A DNA stretch of 42,190 bases from an uncultured Candidatus Saccharibacteria bacterium (GCA_964403205.1 CAYOER010000005.1:1-42190), one strand, 5' to 3'; positions 17,733-28,256 are shown, counted from the stretch's first letter. The notes: generated by a model from the letters alone, not told the origin. Made by a program: numbers and translations.

Positions 17733-18761
17733 TTATACAATATGATATTTATCCTCTTTATCTTTCTTGAAAAATCTTTGATTTTGTAGATTAACAATAA
17801 TAGTATTATCTTTTACATATCTCTCCTTTAGGACTTTATCTATTATTTCGTCTTTAGTCATTGGGCCGTTCTTATCCAATATTTTCTTTATAACATCCTT
17901 TACAACACCAGACATATATCCCCATTCCGCTAGAGCATATAGACCACGTCCTACTAGGACGAATCTTGGATCTTTTATTAGTTCATTATGAGTTGTAGCT
18001 ACATGAGCTTTTTTATTGAAGACTATGCTGATCTGCTTTGCCACTTCTTTGAAATGTATTGGTGAACCATGTTTACGTATAACTAGAAAGGCATAGTCAC
18101 GCATACCCTTTGTTCTAATATTCGGAGAATGTGCTACACCCCATTCACCTATTGCATTCTTGCCGAGTCTCTTTGACAGAGATAACCATCTTTTCATTAT
18201 TTCTTGATTCTTGTATTTCTCTGAAACATCTTTTAGATGTTCTAGGAATTTGGAAACTATTTCTGATTCTGGTAATAGATCATCTAGAGAAAGTTTCGTA
18301 TAGAGCTTCTTCAATGATTCCTCTACTTGCTTTGATAATTCTTCATTTACATGCCAACGATGTTTGAAATCATCATCTTCTTTTCTTTTCTTGAATGAAT
18401 CACCGAGTACAAGAAGAAAGTTTATATGATTCTGTAGACTTTTGTCTTTTGAAATATGTCCTAGGAAATCATCCTCAACAACTATACCACCTAGAGAGTG
18501 TATTAGATTTTCAATCTCTATAAAAGTAGACTTTTCATTCTTATAGGCATTGGACTTGCGGATATTAGCTAGAGCATAGTTCTCTATCTGACGTACTCTC
18601 TCTCTTGTTATCCCATAATTTTTACCTATAGAATCAAGAGTCATTTTCTTTGGGTCTTTACCTAGACCATAACGACTAGTCAATACCTTTGCACCCCTTT
18701 CTGGTAATACAGATAGGAGCTTCTTTACTACTTGCTTTGGTTTGAAATTGATTATTGCCAT
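17733..18761 (-). CDS. Sigma70 region-4 HTH fused to a C-terminal winged-HTH (HARE/RpoE-like) region
   Basis: RYGL...TLDSIG..YGITRERVRQIE; C-terminal PIHF.EV and DPRFVLVGRGLYALAEW. Confidence 0.8.
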   Translation of the reverse strand: MAIINFKPKQVVKKLLSVLPERGAKVLTSRYGLGKDPKKMTLDSIGKNYGITRERVRQIENYALANIRKSNAYKNEKSTFIEIENLIHSLGGIVVEDDFLGHISKDKSLQNHINFLLVLGDSFKKRKEDDDFKHRWHVNEELSKQVEESLKKLYTKLSLDDLLPESEIVSKFLEHLKDVSEKYKNQEIMKRWLSLSKRLGKNAIGEWGVAHSPNIRTKGMRDYAFLVIRKHGSPIHFKEVAKQISIVFNKKAHVATTHNELIKDPRFVLVGRGLYALAEWGYMSGVVKDVIKKILDKNGPMTKDEIIDKVLKERYVKDNTIIVNLQNQRFFKKDKEDKYHIV

Positions 18762-18826
18762 AAATGATGGATTTCTTTACTATTTTTTATATACTTGTTT
18801 TATCATTATATTGATAATAAGTCAAA

Positions 18827-21247
18827 TCATACTACTATATTCACGAGTTTACCCTTTATAAATATAATCTTTTTTATCTCTTTATTATCTATCCACTTCT
18901 TTATTTCAATCATATTTAGAGCCATATTTCTTATATTTTCTTCACTTTCATTTATACCAATTTCAAATGATGCTCTGACTTTACCATTTATCTGTACTAC
19001 TATAGTGATTTCATTTTCTATGATTTTATTTTTATTATATTCTGGCCATGAGGAAAGTGTAATACTCTTCTTATTTCCTAAAATAGACCACAATTCTTCC
19101 CCTAGATGTGGTGCGAATGGACTTATAAGTTTCAATATTATTTCATAATTTTCTTTTGATATTTTTTCTTGTCTTTCAAATTCATTTACCAGTATCATAA
19201 GCGAGCTTATAGCAGTATTCCATTTCATTGCTTCTATATCTTCTTCTACTTTTTTTATTGTTTGATTGACCAAGGTCTCAGGAAAAAGTCCTTTTAATCG
19301 GCCTGCAGAACTCGCTACATCTGTCTCCGACAGATTCCGCTCAGACAGGCTTCGGCCTCTAAAAGAACTTTTTCCTTCGACCTTATCCTGAAGTCGCCAT
19401 ATTTTCTCTAGAAATCTTCTAACTCCAGCAATATTATTTGTATCCCATGATATATCCTGATCAAATGGTCCCATAAACATTTCATATAGACGTAGAGAAT
19501 CTGCACCAATATTCTTTATTATATTATCTGGGCTGATTACATTACCTTTTGATTTTGACATTTTCTCTCCACCTTCTGCGAGTATGAGTCCATGCGAAGT
19601 ACGCTTCTTATATGGTTCATCTGTCGGTACTAGGCCTTTATCATATAGAAACTTATGCCAAAAACGAGAATAGAGTAAGTGGAGTGTGGTATGCTCCATT
19701 CCGCCGTTATACCAATCCACCGGAGTCCAGTATTCTAGATTCTTTTTATCTGCAAAAGCTTTTTTATTCTTTGTATCTGTATAACGTAGATAATACCAGC
19801 TTGAGCCAGCCCAATTTGGCATTGTATCAGTTTCCCTTTTTGCGCTACTATTAATACCTTTTGCCCTACACTTTGGACATTTTGTATTTACCCATTTATC
19901 TATATTTGCAAGTGGTGATTCCCCTGTCTCTGTCGGTTTATAATTCTTTACCTTTGGTAACTTTATCGGTAATTCTTTCTCTGGTACTGGTACTATTCCA
20001 CATTTCTCACAATGCACTACAGGTATCGGCTCTCCCCAATATCTCTGTCTAGAGAATATCCAATCACGAAGTTTATATTTCGTAACCCATTTGCCACCCA
20101 CACTTTCTGTTATTTCTTTTTTATCAACTAGTTCTATCTCTCTAATAGGTAAATTATACTTTTCTGCAAATTGTCTATCCCGCTCATCATGCGCTGGCAC
20201 AGCCATCACTGCTCCAGTACCATAATCAGCAAGAACATAGTCTGCTATCCATACTGGTACTTCTTCATTATTGGCAGGATTTATTGCCTTTATACCTTGT
20301 AATTCTATTCCTGTTTTATCGGATTTCGCATCTGTTCTTTCTATATCGCTTTTATTTTTTATATCTTTAATATATTTTTCTACATCATTTTTATTTGAAA
20401 TAGAATTCATCAATTCTTTTACGAGAGAGTGTTCTGGAGAAAGTACTATATATGTAACTCCGAATATTGTATCGGGCCTCGTAGTGAAAACATTTATTTT
20501 TTTATTATCTTTATTATTTATTTTTATCTGAAAATCGATTTCTGCGCCTTCACTTTTCCCTATCCAATTCCTCTGTTGTATCTTTATTTTCTCTAGAAAC
20601 TCTGTATGATCTAGATCCCTATCTAGTCTATCTGCATACTTTGTAATAGCGAGCATCCATTGCTCCTTATCTCTTTTCTCTACTTTTGTACCACATCTTT
20701 CACAACATCCATCTATTACTTCTTCATTTGCAAGACCGATAAGATCCTTTGGACACCAGTTGATAGTCATTCTCTTTTTATATGCTAGACCTTCTTTCAG
20801 AAATTGTAGGAAAATCCATTGTGTCCATTTATAATATTTTGGATCTGTAGTATTTATCTCACAGGACCAGTCAAAGGAAAAGCCGAGGGCTTTCAATTGC
20901 TTTCTGAATGTATCTGTATTTCTTTTTGTAACTATTGCTGGTTGTATACCTGTCTTTATAGCGTAATTCTCTGTAGGAAGCCCGAATGCATCCCAGCCGA
21001 TAGGATATAAAACATTATAACCTTCCATTCTGCGTTTTCTAGAAATAATATCCATAGCAGTGTTACTACGAATATGTCCGACATGTAGTCCCTCACCAGA
21101 TGGATATGGGAATTCTATAAGTGAATAAAACTTTTTCTTTTTATTCCCTTTAGCATCTTTCGCATTTTCCTTTACTCTGTTTAGCTTCTTTGACTCCCAA
21201 TACTTCTGCCATTTCTTCTCTATTTTTATATGATTATAAGGCTTCAT
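18827..21247 (-). CDS. leuS: Leucine--tRNA ligase
   Basis: FPYPSG.GLHVGH, GWDAFGLP.EN, FTTRPDT, SRQRYWG and KMSKS. Confidence 0.98.
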   Translation of the reverse strand: MKPYNHIKIEKKWQKYWESKKLNRVKENAKDAKGNKKKKFYSLIEFPYPSGEGLHVGHIRSNTAMDIISRKRRMEGYNVLYPIGWDAFGLPTENYAIKTGIQPAIVTKRNTDTFRKQLKALGFSFDWSCEINTTDPKYYKWTQWIFLQFLKEGLAYKKRMTINWCPKDLIGLANEEVIDGCCERCGTKVEKRDKEQWMLAITKYADRLDRDLDHTEFLEKIKIQQRNWIGKSEGAEIDFQIKINNKDNKKINVFTTRPDTIFGVTYIVLSPEHSLVKELMNSISNKNDVEKYIKDIKNKSDIERTDAKSDKTGIELQGIKAINPANNEEVPVWIADYVLADYGTGAVMAVPAHDERDRQFAEKYNLPIREIELVDKKEITESVGGKWVTKYKLRDWIFSRQRYWGEPIPVVHCEKCGIVPVPEKELPIKLPKVKNYKPTETGESPLANIDKWVNTKCPKCRAKGINSSAKRETDTMPNWAGSSWYYLRYTDTKNKKAFADKKNLEYWTPVDWYNGGMEHTTLHLLYSRFWHKFLYDKGLVPTDEPYKKRTSHGLILAEGGEKMSKSKGNVISPDNIIKNIGADSLRLYEMFMGPFDQDISWDTNNIAGVRRFLEKIWRLQDKVEGKSSFRGRSLSERNLSETDVASSAGRLKGLFPETLVNQTIKKVEEDIEAMKWNTAISSLMILVNEFERQEKISKENYEIILKLISPFAPHLGEELWSILGNKKSITLSSWPEYNKNKIIENEITIVVQINGKVRASFEIGINESEENIRNMALNMIEIKKWIDNKEIKKIIFIKGKLVNIVV
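19272..19384. repeat. 113-bp palindromic (MITE/RPE-like) element inserted in-frame in leuS
   Basis: Left arm AAGGTCtcAGGAAAAAGTcCTTTTAatcGGCC versus reverse complement of right arm AAGGTCgaAGGAAAAAGTtCTTTTAgaGGCC; two internal hairpins. Confidence 0.7.
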
Positions 21248-21375
21248 AGTGATTTACATAATAATACTATGTGGGAATAAAAGCAAAAAATTTTACTATG
21301 TGGATTACAATTGTAAATACCCCCTAAATATGCTAATATTTATCTCGTAAATATAATAATAATTAATTAAAAATT

Positions 21376-22488
21376 ATGAAAAAATATATCATTGTTTTTA
21401 TCCTTATTTTAAGCATCAGTATAATACCAAATCTTGCAAATGCAGAATCATTGTTCAATATAAATAGATCAAAACAGTATAATAATACTGCTAGTATATT
21501 CTCTGTTATTCAGGAAAGATTCAGCTCTTTCTTTAGTAATAAAAAGAAAACTGTTACCATTCCTCCGAAGAAAGTAGAAACTATGCCTTCCACAAACAAT
21601 TCTGTAACATCTATCACAGAAAACAAAGAAACTTCTTCACTAGAGAATGAAAGATTGATTAAGGTTATGAATAATGCAGATACTGTAAATACTACAAATA
21701 GTAATACCAATAGTAAGAATAATATTCAGATAAAAGATGAGAAGAGTAGGCCGGTGACTCAGGCAACAATTGATCCTATTTCACTAAAGTCATATTCTTC
21801 TACACCGACAATAACAGGAACTGCTTATAATGTTTCGGAACCTTTCGGTATCTCCATAAGTAATAGTGGTGGAAAGGTTTGGGCTAGCGGAGATATAAAT
21901 ATCAATAATAATCGTTGGACAACAACAGTTAATGAAACTCTTAGTGCTGGTAAATATTTTGTACATGTCTATTCAAACAATATATTGGTAACAAGTGGGA
22001 TACTCGCAATTGCATCTTCACCTAGTCCAAGTAATACAAACAATAATATTATAATAACTGTACCTGCTAACCCTGCGACTGAACCTATGACTATAACAAG
22101 ACCGACAATTACAAGACCCGTCACTACGCCAAACTCCGCTCCGATGATAACGAAAGTAACTCCATCAGAGAGAACTATAAGAGTCGGTGAAAAAGGAATA
22201 TGGACAGTCTATGCTATAGATAAAGAAGGAAATAGCATGACATATAAGGCATATTGGAGAGATGGCCAATATGGTACAAATGTAGAGGACTTTGGTAATG
22301 GGAATACCATGACTCATGCATTCGATAAAGCTGGTATATATAATGTAATATTTGCAGTAAGAGATAGCGATGGTAATGTCACTCCAATAGGAGTAAAGGT
22401 AAGTGTTGTAGAAAATACTGCATTACCAGTACCATCAGTGAATACAGAGCCTGTTATTTCTACTCCTAGGAGTGATGAGAGTATATAA
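21376..22488 (+). CDS. Secreted protein with Ig-like and PKD-like domains
   Basis: Signal peptide ending ANA; TPTITGTA Ig-like segment; THAFDKAGIYNVIFAVRDSDG PKD-like; T/N/P-rich linkers. Confidence 0.75.
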   Translation: MKKYIIVFILILSISIIPNLANAESLFNINRSKQYNNTASIFSVIQERFSSFFSNKKKTVTIPPKKVETMPSTNNSVTSITENKETSSLENERLIKVMNNADTVNTTNSNTNSKNNIQIKDEKSRPVTQATIDPISLKSYSSTPTITGTAYNVSEPFGISISNSGGKVWASGDININNNRWTTTVNETLSAGKYFVHVYSNNILVTSGILAIASSPSPSNTNNNIIITVPANPATEPMTITRPTITRPVTTPNSAPMITKVTPSERTIRVGEKGIWTVYAIDKEGNSMTYKAYWRDGQYGTNVEDFGNGNTMTHAFDKAGIYNVIFAVRDSDGNVTPIGVKVSVVENTALPVPSVNTEPVISTPRSDESI

Positions 22489-22494
22489 GTAAAC

Positions 22495-23592
22495 TTATAT
22501 CTTAAACTCCACCACATCCCCATCCTTTACCACATATTCCTTCCCTTCAGTTCTAACTAAACCATGTTCACGAGCTTTACCATATGAGCCGGCATTTAGC
22601 AGTTCATCCCAATGTATCACTTCTGCGCGTATGAATTTATCTTTGAAATCCCCATGAATAGCAGTACCTGCCTCTGGTGCTGTCCAACCACGACCTATAG
22701 TCCATGCACGACTCTCATCTTCACCAGTTGTAAAATATGTAATAAGATCTAGGAGTTCATAGCCTTTCTTTATTAGATTATCTATTCCATCATCCTTTGC
22801 TCCTAGTCCTTCACGGAGTTCTTTCTTATCTTTTTCATCTATATCTTTCAGCTCATGCTCTATCCCCGCATCTACTATTACCCATTTTGCATTATTTTCA
22901 TTGAAAAATTTTACAAGAGCTTGATATCTCTCATCATTTATTTCATCTAGATTCTTCCCTCCTGCTTTTTTATTCAAAATATACATAAAAGGTTTAGAAG
23001 TGAGTAGATGAAGTGATTTCAAAAATGGCTTTTCGAATTCATCTGCAATAACAGAAGATGCTAATTTTCCTGATTCTAATATTGTCTTTATTTTTTCTAA
23101 TAAACCATGCTCTAATATTGCTTCTTTCTTTCCTGATTTCACTTCTCTACCGAGATTAGAGAGTCTCTTCGTCACTGTTTGAAGATCTGCAAGTATGAGT
23201 TCTAGATTTATCACTTCTATATCTTTTATTGGATTTATTTTGCCATCAACATGGATAATATCATCATCTTCGAATATTCTAACAACCTCTGCTATTGCAT
23301 CTGTTTCGCGAATATTAGAGAGGAATTGATTCCCTAGTCCTTCTCCAGCCGAAGCACCCTTTACCAATCCTGCAATATCTACGAATTCTATAGCTGCTGG
23401 TATTGTTTTATTTGATTTAGAAAATTCAGAAAGTTTCCATAGGCGTTCATCTGGTACTGCCACCACTCCTACAGATGGATCTATAGTAGCAAAGGGATAA
23501 TTAGCAACTAGAACACTCTTACGCGTAAGCGCATTGAAAAGTGTGGATTTCCCTACATTCGGTAGGCCGACGATACCGATGGATAGTGACAT
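22495..23592 (-). CDS. ychF: Redox-regulated ATPase YchF
   Basis: GIVGLPNVGKSTLFNALT, ANYPFATIDP, DIAGLVKGAS.GEGLGN.FL and a TGS domain. Confidence 0.98.
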   Translation of the reverse strand: MSLSIGIVGLPNVGKSTLFNALTRKSVLVANYPFATIDPSVGVVAVPDERLWKLSEFSKSNKTIPAAIEFVDIAGLVKGASAGEGLGNQFLSNIRETDAIAEVVRIFEDDDIIHVDGKINPIKDIEVINLELILADLQTVTKRLSNLGREVKSGKKEAILEHGLLEKIKTILESGKLASSVIADEFEKPFLKSLHLLTSKPFMYILNKKAGGKNLDEINDERYQALVKFFNENNAKWVIVDAGIEHELKDIDEKDKKELREGLGAKDDGIDNLIKKGYELLDLITYFTTGEDESRAWTIGRGWTAPEAGTAIHGDFKDKFIRAEVIHWDELLNAGSYGKAREHGLVRTEGKEYVVKDGDVVEFKI

Positions 23593-23601
23593 ATCAAAAT
23601 A

Positions 23602-25047
23602 TCATAACATACTTTCATTTCCTTTTCTGTATATAGTCAATGGTACTTTATCCCAAGTATTAACAATTGAAGTGATGAATTTCCAAGCAGATATTACCTC
23701 ATCCGTACTGGTAAATAGTGTCTGATCTCCCACAATAGCATCATATAATACCCTCTCATATGCATCTGGTAGGATCTGTAATGATTGTGAATCTGCATAT
23801 TTAAACTTCAGAGTTTTCGGCTCTACTGCCATGTCGAATCCCGGTGTCTTTACGAAAAATCTAACCTTTATTCCCTCATCTGGCTGTATTCGGAAAGTCA
23901 ATATATTCTGATCATCAGGATCTGCATCATATTTCATATTTTCTTCTTTATTTCTTCCTTTTGTTTCTATGGCTTTTATTTTATTTTTAATTTCTGAATT
24001 TTTGAAATATATATCTATTTCACTTTTTGATTCCTTCAATGCCTTACCACTCTCTATATAGAAAGGCACATCCCTCCATCGTGGAGAATCTATATATGTT
24101 TCTATACGAAAATATGTTTCTGTTTGACTATTCCTATTTACACCTTTTTCATTTGCATATCCTTCATATTGACCACGTACTATATCTGGCATGGACTTTT
24201 TATTATAAACAAATGGTCTGAGACGATTTATTATCTTTGCTCTTTCTTTACGTATTGAGTCCGCATCAAATTCTTCCGGTGGTTCCATAGCGATCAGTGC
24301 GAGCATCTGCAATATATGATTCTGTCCTACATCTTTCAGAGCTCCTAGTCCATCATAGAAGTTCCCCCGGCCTTCTATTCCATTTTTTTCTAAAAGCTTT
24401 ATATGTATTGCTGATATATGATCTCTATTCCAAAGTGGTTCGAAAAGTGCATTGGCAAAACGAAATGTCAGTATATTCTGTAATGCTTCCTTTGCAAGGT
24501 AATGATCTATACGGAATATCTGCTTCTCATCAAAAAGCTGTGCGAGTTTCTTATCCAATGCTCTAGCTGTATCTATATCATGGCCAAATGGCTTCTCCAC
24601 TAGCACACGTGTCCATCCTAGACCATCGCTACATGCTGTTGTCAGTCCAGATTTTGCCAAATATTCTAAAATAGTCTCATAGAAATGCGGCGCTACTGCA
24701 AGATGAAAAAGTTTATTGGAACATTGGCCGAAACTATCGTCTATGAGACTGAGTCGCAATGATAGTGATGCATAAGATGGTGGAGAATCAAAAAATCCCT
24801 GTTCATAGTACATATGATCAAGGAAATGCTTTATATCCTCTTCATGATACTGTCCTGGCTTTACCTTCATATTATCACGTATGTATTGTCGGAATTCCTC
24901 ACGGGTAAAAGATCGCCTAGAAAATCCTACTATGGAGAATTTCTGTGGTAGACGTTTATTGACATATAGATTAAGTAGCGAAGGAAGGAGTTTCCTACCT
25001 GCAAGGTCGCCAGTAATACCAAATATGATGAATACGGTAGGAGTCAT
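23602..25047 (-). CDS. zwf: Glucose-6-phosphate 1-dehydrogenase
   Basis: IFGITGDLA.RKL, VEKPFG, RIDHYLAKE and DVGQNHILQ. Confidence 0.96.
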   Translation of the reverse strand: MTPTVFIIFGITGDLAGRKLLPSLLNLYVNKRLPQKFSIVGFSRRSFTREEFRQYIRDNMKVKPGQYHEEDIKHFLDHMYYEQGFFDSPPSYASLSLRLSLIDDSFGQCSNKLFHLAVAPHFYETILEYLAKSGLTTACSDGLGWTRVLVEKPFGHDIDTARALDKKLAQLFDEKQIFRIDHYLAKEALQNILTFRFANALFEPLWNRDHISAIHIKLLEKNGIEGRGNFYDGLGALKDVGQNHILQMLALIAMEPPEEFDADSIRKERAKIINRLRPFVYNKKSMPDIVRGQYEGYANEKGVNRNSQTETYFRIETYIDSPRWRDVPFYIESGKALKESKSEIDIYFKNSEIKNKIKAIETKGRNKEENMKYDADPDDQNILTFRIQPDEGIKVRFFVKTPGFDMAVEPKTLKFKYADSQSLQILPDAYERVLYDAIVGDQTLFTSTDEVISAWKFITSIVNTWDKVPLTIYRKGNESML

Positions 25048-25085
25048 AGCAGGAATATATTAGCACACTTTTATACTATTTTGTA

Positions 25086-25394
25086 TTAGAGACTTAGTAT
25101 GAGTGGATATGCGAAGAAACTCAAAGCAAAATACACAATACAACGTACCAATGTCCATGCTTTCTGATTCTTTGACAAAGCACCATTGTTATACAATGCC
25201 AACACTATGTTCTTGAAAAGTAAAATAGGAAGTACAAAATATGATACGAATACCCACTGTTGTAGCCATAATTGCAATAGATCCTGTGGTATCTTCCCAG
25301 AGAAAACGATTATTATTGATACAATCAAATAAAAGAACTCTATTATCCCCAATACCCCTAGAACACTTTTTGTTTTTTGATTTTGTAGATTCAT
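25086..25394 (-). CDS. Hypothetical membrane protein (about 3 TM)
   Basis: 102-aa hydrophobic ORF. Confidence 0.6.
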   Translation of the reverse strand: MNLQNQKTKSVLGVLGIIEFFYLIVSIIIVFSGKIPQDLLQLWLQQWVFVSYFVLPILLFKNIVLALYNNGALSKNQKAWTLVRCIVYFALSFFAYPLILSL

Positions 25395-25467
25395 ATTATA
25401 TTTTATTAATAATTATTTATACCCAATATTCTAACATAGTATGTAAGAAAAGTAATCAACAGCCTCC

Positions 25468-25497
25468 CTATCTCCCCATATTATATAACTGTTGTAC
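25468..25497 (-). repeat. Orphan copy of the LamG gene 3' end (encodes VQQLYNMGR*)
   Basis: CTCCCCATATTATATAACTGTTGTAC at 25472-25497 is identical to 26035-26060. Confidence 0.9.
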
Positions 25498-25740
25498 TTA
25501 TTGAGTGTAAAATAGTCTCTTTATTTTTTCTTCATCAAAGCATCTCTCTAAAGATCTAATAATTGATTTGAACGTTCCTCTATCTAGTTCACTGTGCAAT
25601 GGAACAGTTATATAATGAGAAGTAGTAGTAACTTTTTTAACAAGCCTTACATGACTTCCTATCTGTCTTATTTCTGAAAAACCTTCAGAGAGAAGGATTC
25701 TTACAAGTTCTTTACCAGAGATTCTACGGAGTTTAGGCAT
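25498..25740 (-). CDS. hicA: HicA family toxin
   Basis: MPKL..ISGKELVRIL..GF..RQIGSH..TVPLH..L.RGT..SI. Confidence 0.92.
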   Translation of the reverse strand: MPKLRRISGKELVRILLSEGFSEIRQIGSHVRLVKKVTTTSHYITVPLHSELDRGTFKSIIRSLERCFDEEKIKRLFYTQ

Positions 25741-25957
25741 GAGCTATTCGAGAGAAATCCATATTCATCATTATAGGAGGAAAACCATCGGCCTTATTTC
25801 CTAGAATATCGCCCAGACTAACTTCTACTGCTTCCTTTATATTAGAAAGAAGATCTTCGAAGGACTTACCTTGCGTGTATATAGATACATCATCTGCTGA
25901 TGCTATATAGAAACCATCTTCTCCTTTTGAGATTTGGAAAGTTATGATTTTATTCAT
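25733..25957 (-). CDS. HicB-like antitoxin (short, no DNA-binding domain)
   Basis: EDGFYIA...YTQGKSFEDLLSNIKEAV; overlaps the hicA start by 8 nt. Confidence 0.85.
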   Translation of the reverse strand: MNKIITFQISKGEDGFYIASADDVSIYTQGKSFEDLLSNIKEAVEVSLGDILGNKADGFPPIMMNMDFSRIAHA

Positions 25958-26030
25958 TATATTTGTATATTAGCATAGTAGAATATACAAAATCAAGTTA
26001 ATAAAATTACTTTCAACTTTATAACTTCTT

Positions 26031-28121
26031 TTACCTCCCCATATTATATAACTGTTGTACCTCGCTTGCCGATAGCGCGCGGTTGTAGATGCGAACGTCG
26101 TCGAGGGAGCCACCGAATAAACCAGAGGTAGGACCATACCCTATGCCAATATATCTAAATATTATAGCCGTTGTAGATAGACTTGTAATTTGTTCAGAAT
26201 AAACACCATCTTTATATAAAGACAATGTGCCTTGACCATCAGACATTATGGTAATATATTGCCATTTATTTATAACGCTCACTGATGAATTATTTGAAAA
26301 AGATCTGACAGTATAATTAGGAGCACCTTCTCTATATACAAATCTTTTAAACCCGGAGTCTGCCACACCTAAATATTTAAACGTTCCTCCTAGCCCGGTA
26401 AAGGAATTATTTCCACTAACTACACCATTCCAATTCATCCAAGTAGAAAATGTCCATGGTACACTATCACCAAAAGTGATATCACTACTAATGCGTAAAT
26501 AATCATCCCCCCCATCAAACCTCCCCGCCTGCCCCACTTTTCCCTTCGTATAGAAAGTAGAAGAAGCGATATTTATGGGATTACCATGATTACCCTGACC
26601 ACTTTTGTCTCGTATTACTCCATTTACTACATCTTTACCATCGAAGGTCCAATATCCTACTAAACCGCAAGATAATCCTGAAGTACAGTTTGTATTCTTT
26701 ACTGGTTGGGAAGCAGAGACCTTGGAACCGGCGGTACTATTGTATAGTTGAGATACCTCACTTGCTGATAGCGCGCGGTTGTAGATGCGGATGTCGTCGA
26801 TAAGGCCATTAAATGTTCTATCAGTAGTATTTGAATTCCCTATTATCATATTCGTCGTACCCACTTCTGGTGTACCACTATTTTGATTAGCAGAGCCACT
26901 TAATTGACCATTAATATAAAGATTTGCAATCCCAGAACCATTTCTCGTAACAGTCACAAATACCCATTGATTATATGGTAACGAACCGGCTGCTGATTGT
27001 GCATTATTAGTTCCGCCATTACTAGATAAAACAATTATATTTGCTCCTAGACGAAATATTGTCTTGTTATTATCAAAGATACGCCCAGCAACCTGACCAA
27101 TACTTTTTGCATATATCCATGCAGAATATGTACCTGCGGTAGCACCAATTAAATCACTTCCTGTTTTTATTTTGTCATCCCCCCCATCAAACCTCCCAGC
27201 CTGCCCGATCTTCCCCTTCGTATAGAAAGTAGAAGTAGCGATATTTATAGGGTTACCATGATTACCATTTCCACTTTTATCTCTGATTACTCCATTTACT
27301 ACATCTTTACCATCGAAGGTCCAGTAACCCACTAGTCCGCAGGATAGTCCTGATGTACAGTTTCTGTTTTTTACTGGTTGGGAGGCAGAGACCTTGGAAC
27401 CGGCGGTACTATTGTATAGTTGGGATACCTCACTTGCCGATAGCGCGCGGTTGTAGATGCGAACGTCGTCGATCATACCAGAAGAAGGTCCTGAACCACT
27501 ACCTGATGCACCAATAAAAGTTTGAGTTGCTCCTGATGCTGGTGTACCACAGTTCTGGTCGGCAGTACCTGATAAAACACCATTTATATAAATATTGGAG
27601 ACACCACTACCATCTCTTGTAACAAGGACAAATACTTGTCTATTTAAAGGTATTGAATTAGTAGCACTTCTAACATTAGAGGTACAGGAGAATATTAATC
27701 TATTACTAGTTGAATCAACTGAAAATGTTGTATTACCACTTGTATTAGTAGTAATAGTACCACTTTGTTTCTTAGGATTTATCCAAGCTGATACAGAAAG
27801 AGTACCAGTACCTAACATATCAGAATTAATCATAACTCTGTCATCCACCCCATCAAACCTCCCCGCTTGCCCTACCTTACCAATATCATAAAAAGTAGAA
27901 GTAGCGATATTTATGGCATTACCATGATTCCCATTACCACTCTTATCCCTAATCACCCCATTCACCACATCTTTCCCGTCAAATGTCCACCAGCCGACAA
28001 GGCCAGAATTCATAGTAAGGGCATTACTAGGAACACCGATACTAGAAGCCAGGGCATGATCAGGATACAGAAAAAAAGCAGAGAAAATAATAGACAATAA
28101 AATAATCTTTGCAGATTTCAT
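26031..28121 (-). CDS. Secreted protein with three LamG-like (ConA lectin jelly-roll) domains
   Basis: Signal peptide; three copies of GLVG[WY]WTFDG...DD[VI]RIYNRALS. Confidence 0.9.
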   Translation of the reverse strand: MKSAKIILLSIIFSAFFLYPDHALASSIGVPSNALTMNSGLVGWWTFDGKDVVNGVIRDKSGNGNHGNAINIATSTFYDIGKVGQAGRFDGVDDRVMINSDMLGTGTLSVSAWINPKKQSGTITTNTSGNTTFSVDSTSNRLIFSCTSNVRSATNSIPLNRQVFVLVTRDGSGVSNIYINGVLSGTADQNCGTPASGATQTFIGASGSGSGPSSGMIDDVRIYNRALSASEVSQLYNSTAGSKVSASQPVKNRNCTSGLSCGLVGYWTFDGKDVVNGVIRDKSGNGNHGNPINIATSTFYTKGKIGQAGRFDGGDDKIKTGSDLIGATAGTYSAWIYAKSIGQVAGRIFDNNKTIFRLGANIIVLSSNGGTNNAQSAAGSLPYNQWVFVTVTRNGSGIANLYINGQLSGSANQNSGTPEVGTTNMIIGNSNTTDRTFNGLIDDIRIYNRALSASEVSQLYNSTAGSKVSASQPVKNTNCTSGLSCGLVGYWTFDGKDVVNGVIRDKSGQGNHGNPINIASSTFYTKGKVGQAGRFDGGDDYLRISSDITFGDSVPWTFSTWMNWNGVVSGNNSFTGLGGTFKYLGVADSGFKRFVYREGAPNYTVRSFSNNSSVSVINKWQYITIMSDGQGTLSLYKDGVYSEQITSLSTTAIIFRYIGIGYGPTSGLFGGSLDDVRIYNRALSASEVQQLYNMGR

Positions 28122-28256
28122 GGGTAAATTATAGCATGAAAATATAATAAAATAACTTTATAACTTTTTACTTTATAACTTCTTTTACCTCCCCATATTA
28201 TATAACTGCCGTACCTCTGTTGCCGATAGCGCGCGGTTGTAGATGCGGATGTCGTC
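28085..28256. repeat. Duplicated gene junction (gene end, ACTTT tandem, promoter, next start); second copy at about 34432-34610
   Basis: Near-identical TAGACAATAAAATAATCTTT..GATTTCAT..ATTATAGCATGAAAATATAATAAAATAACTTT.. at both sites. Confidence 0.85.
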
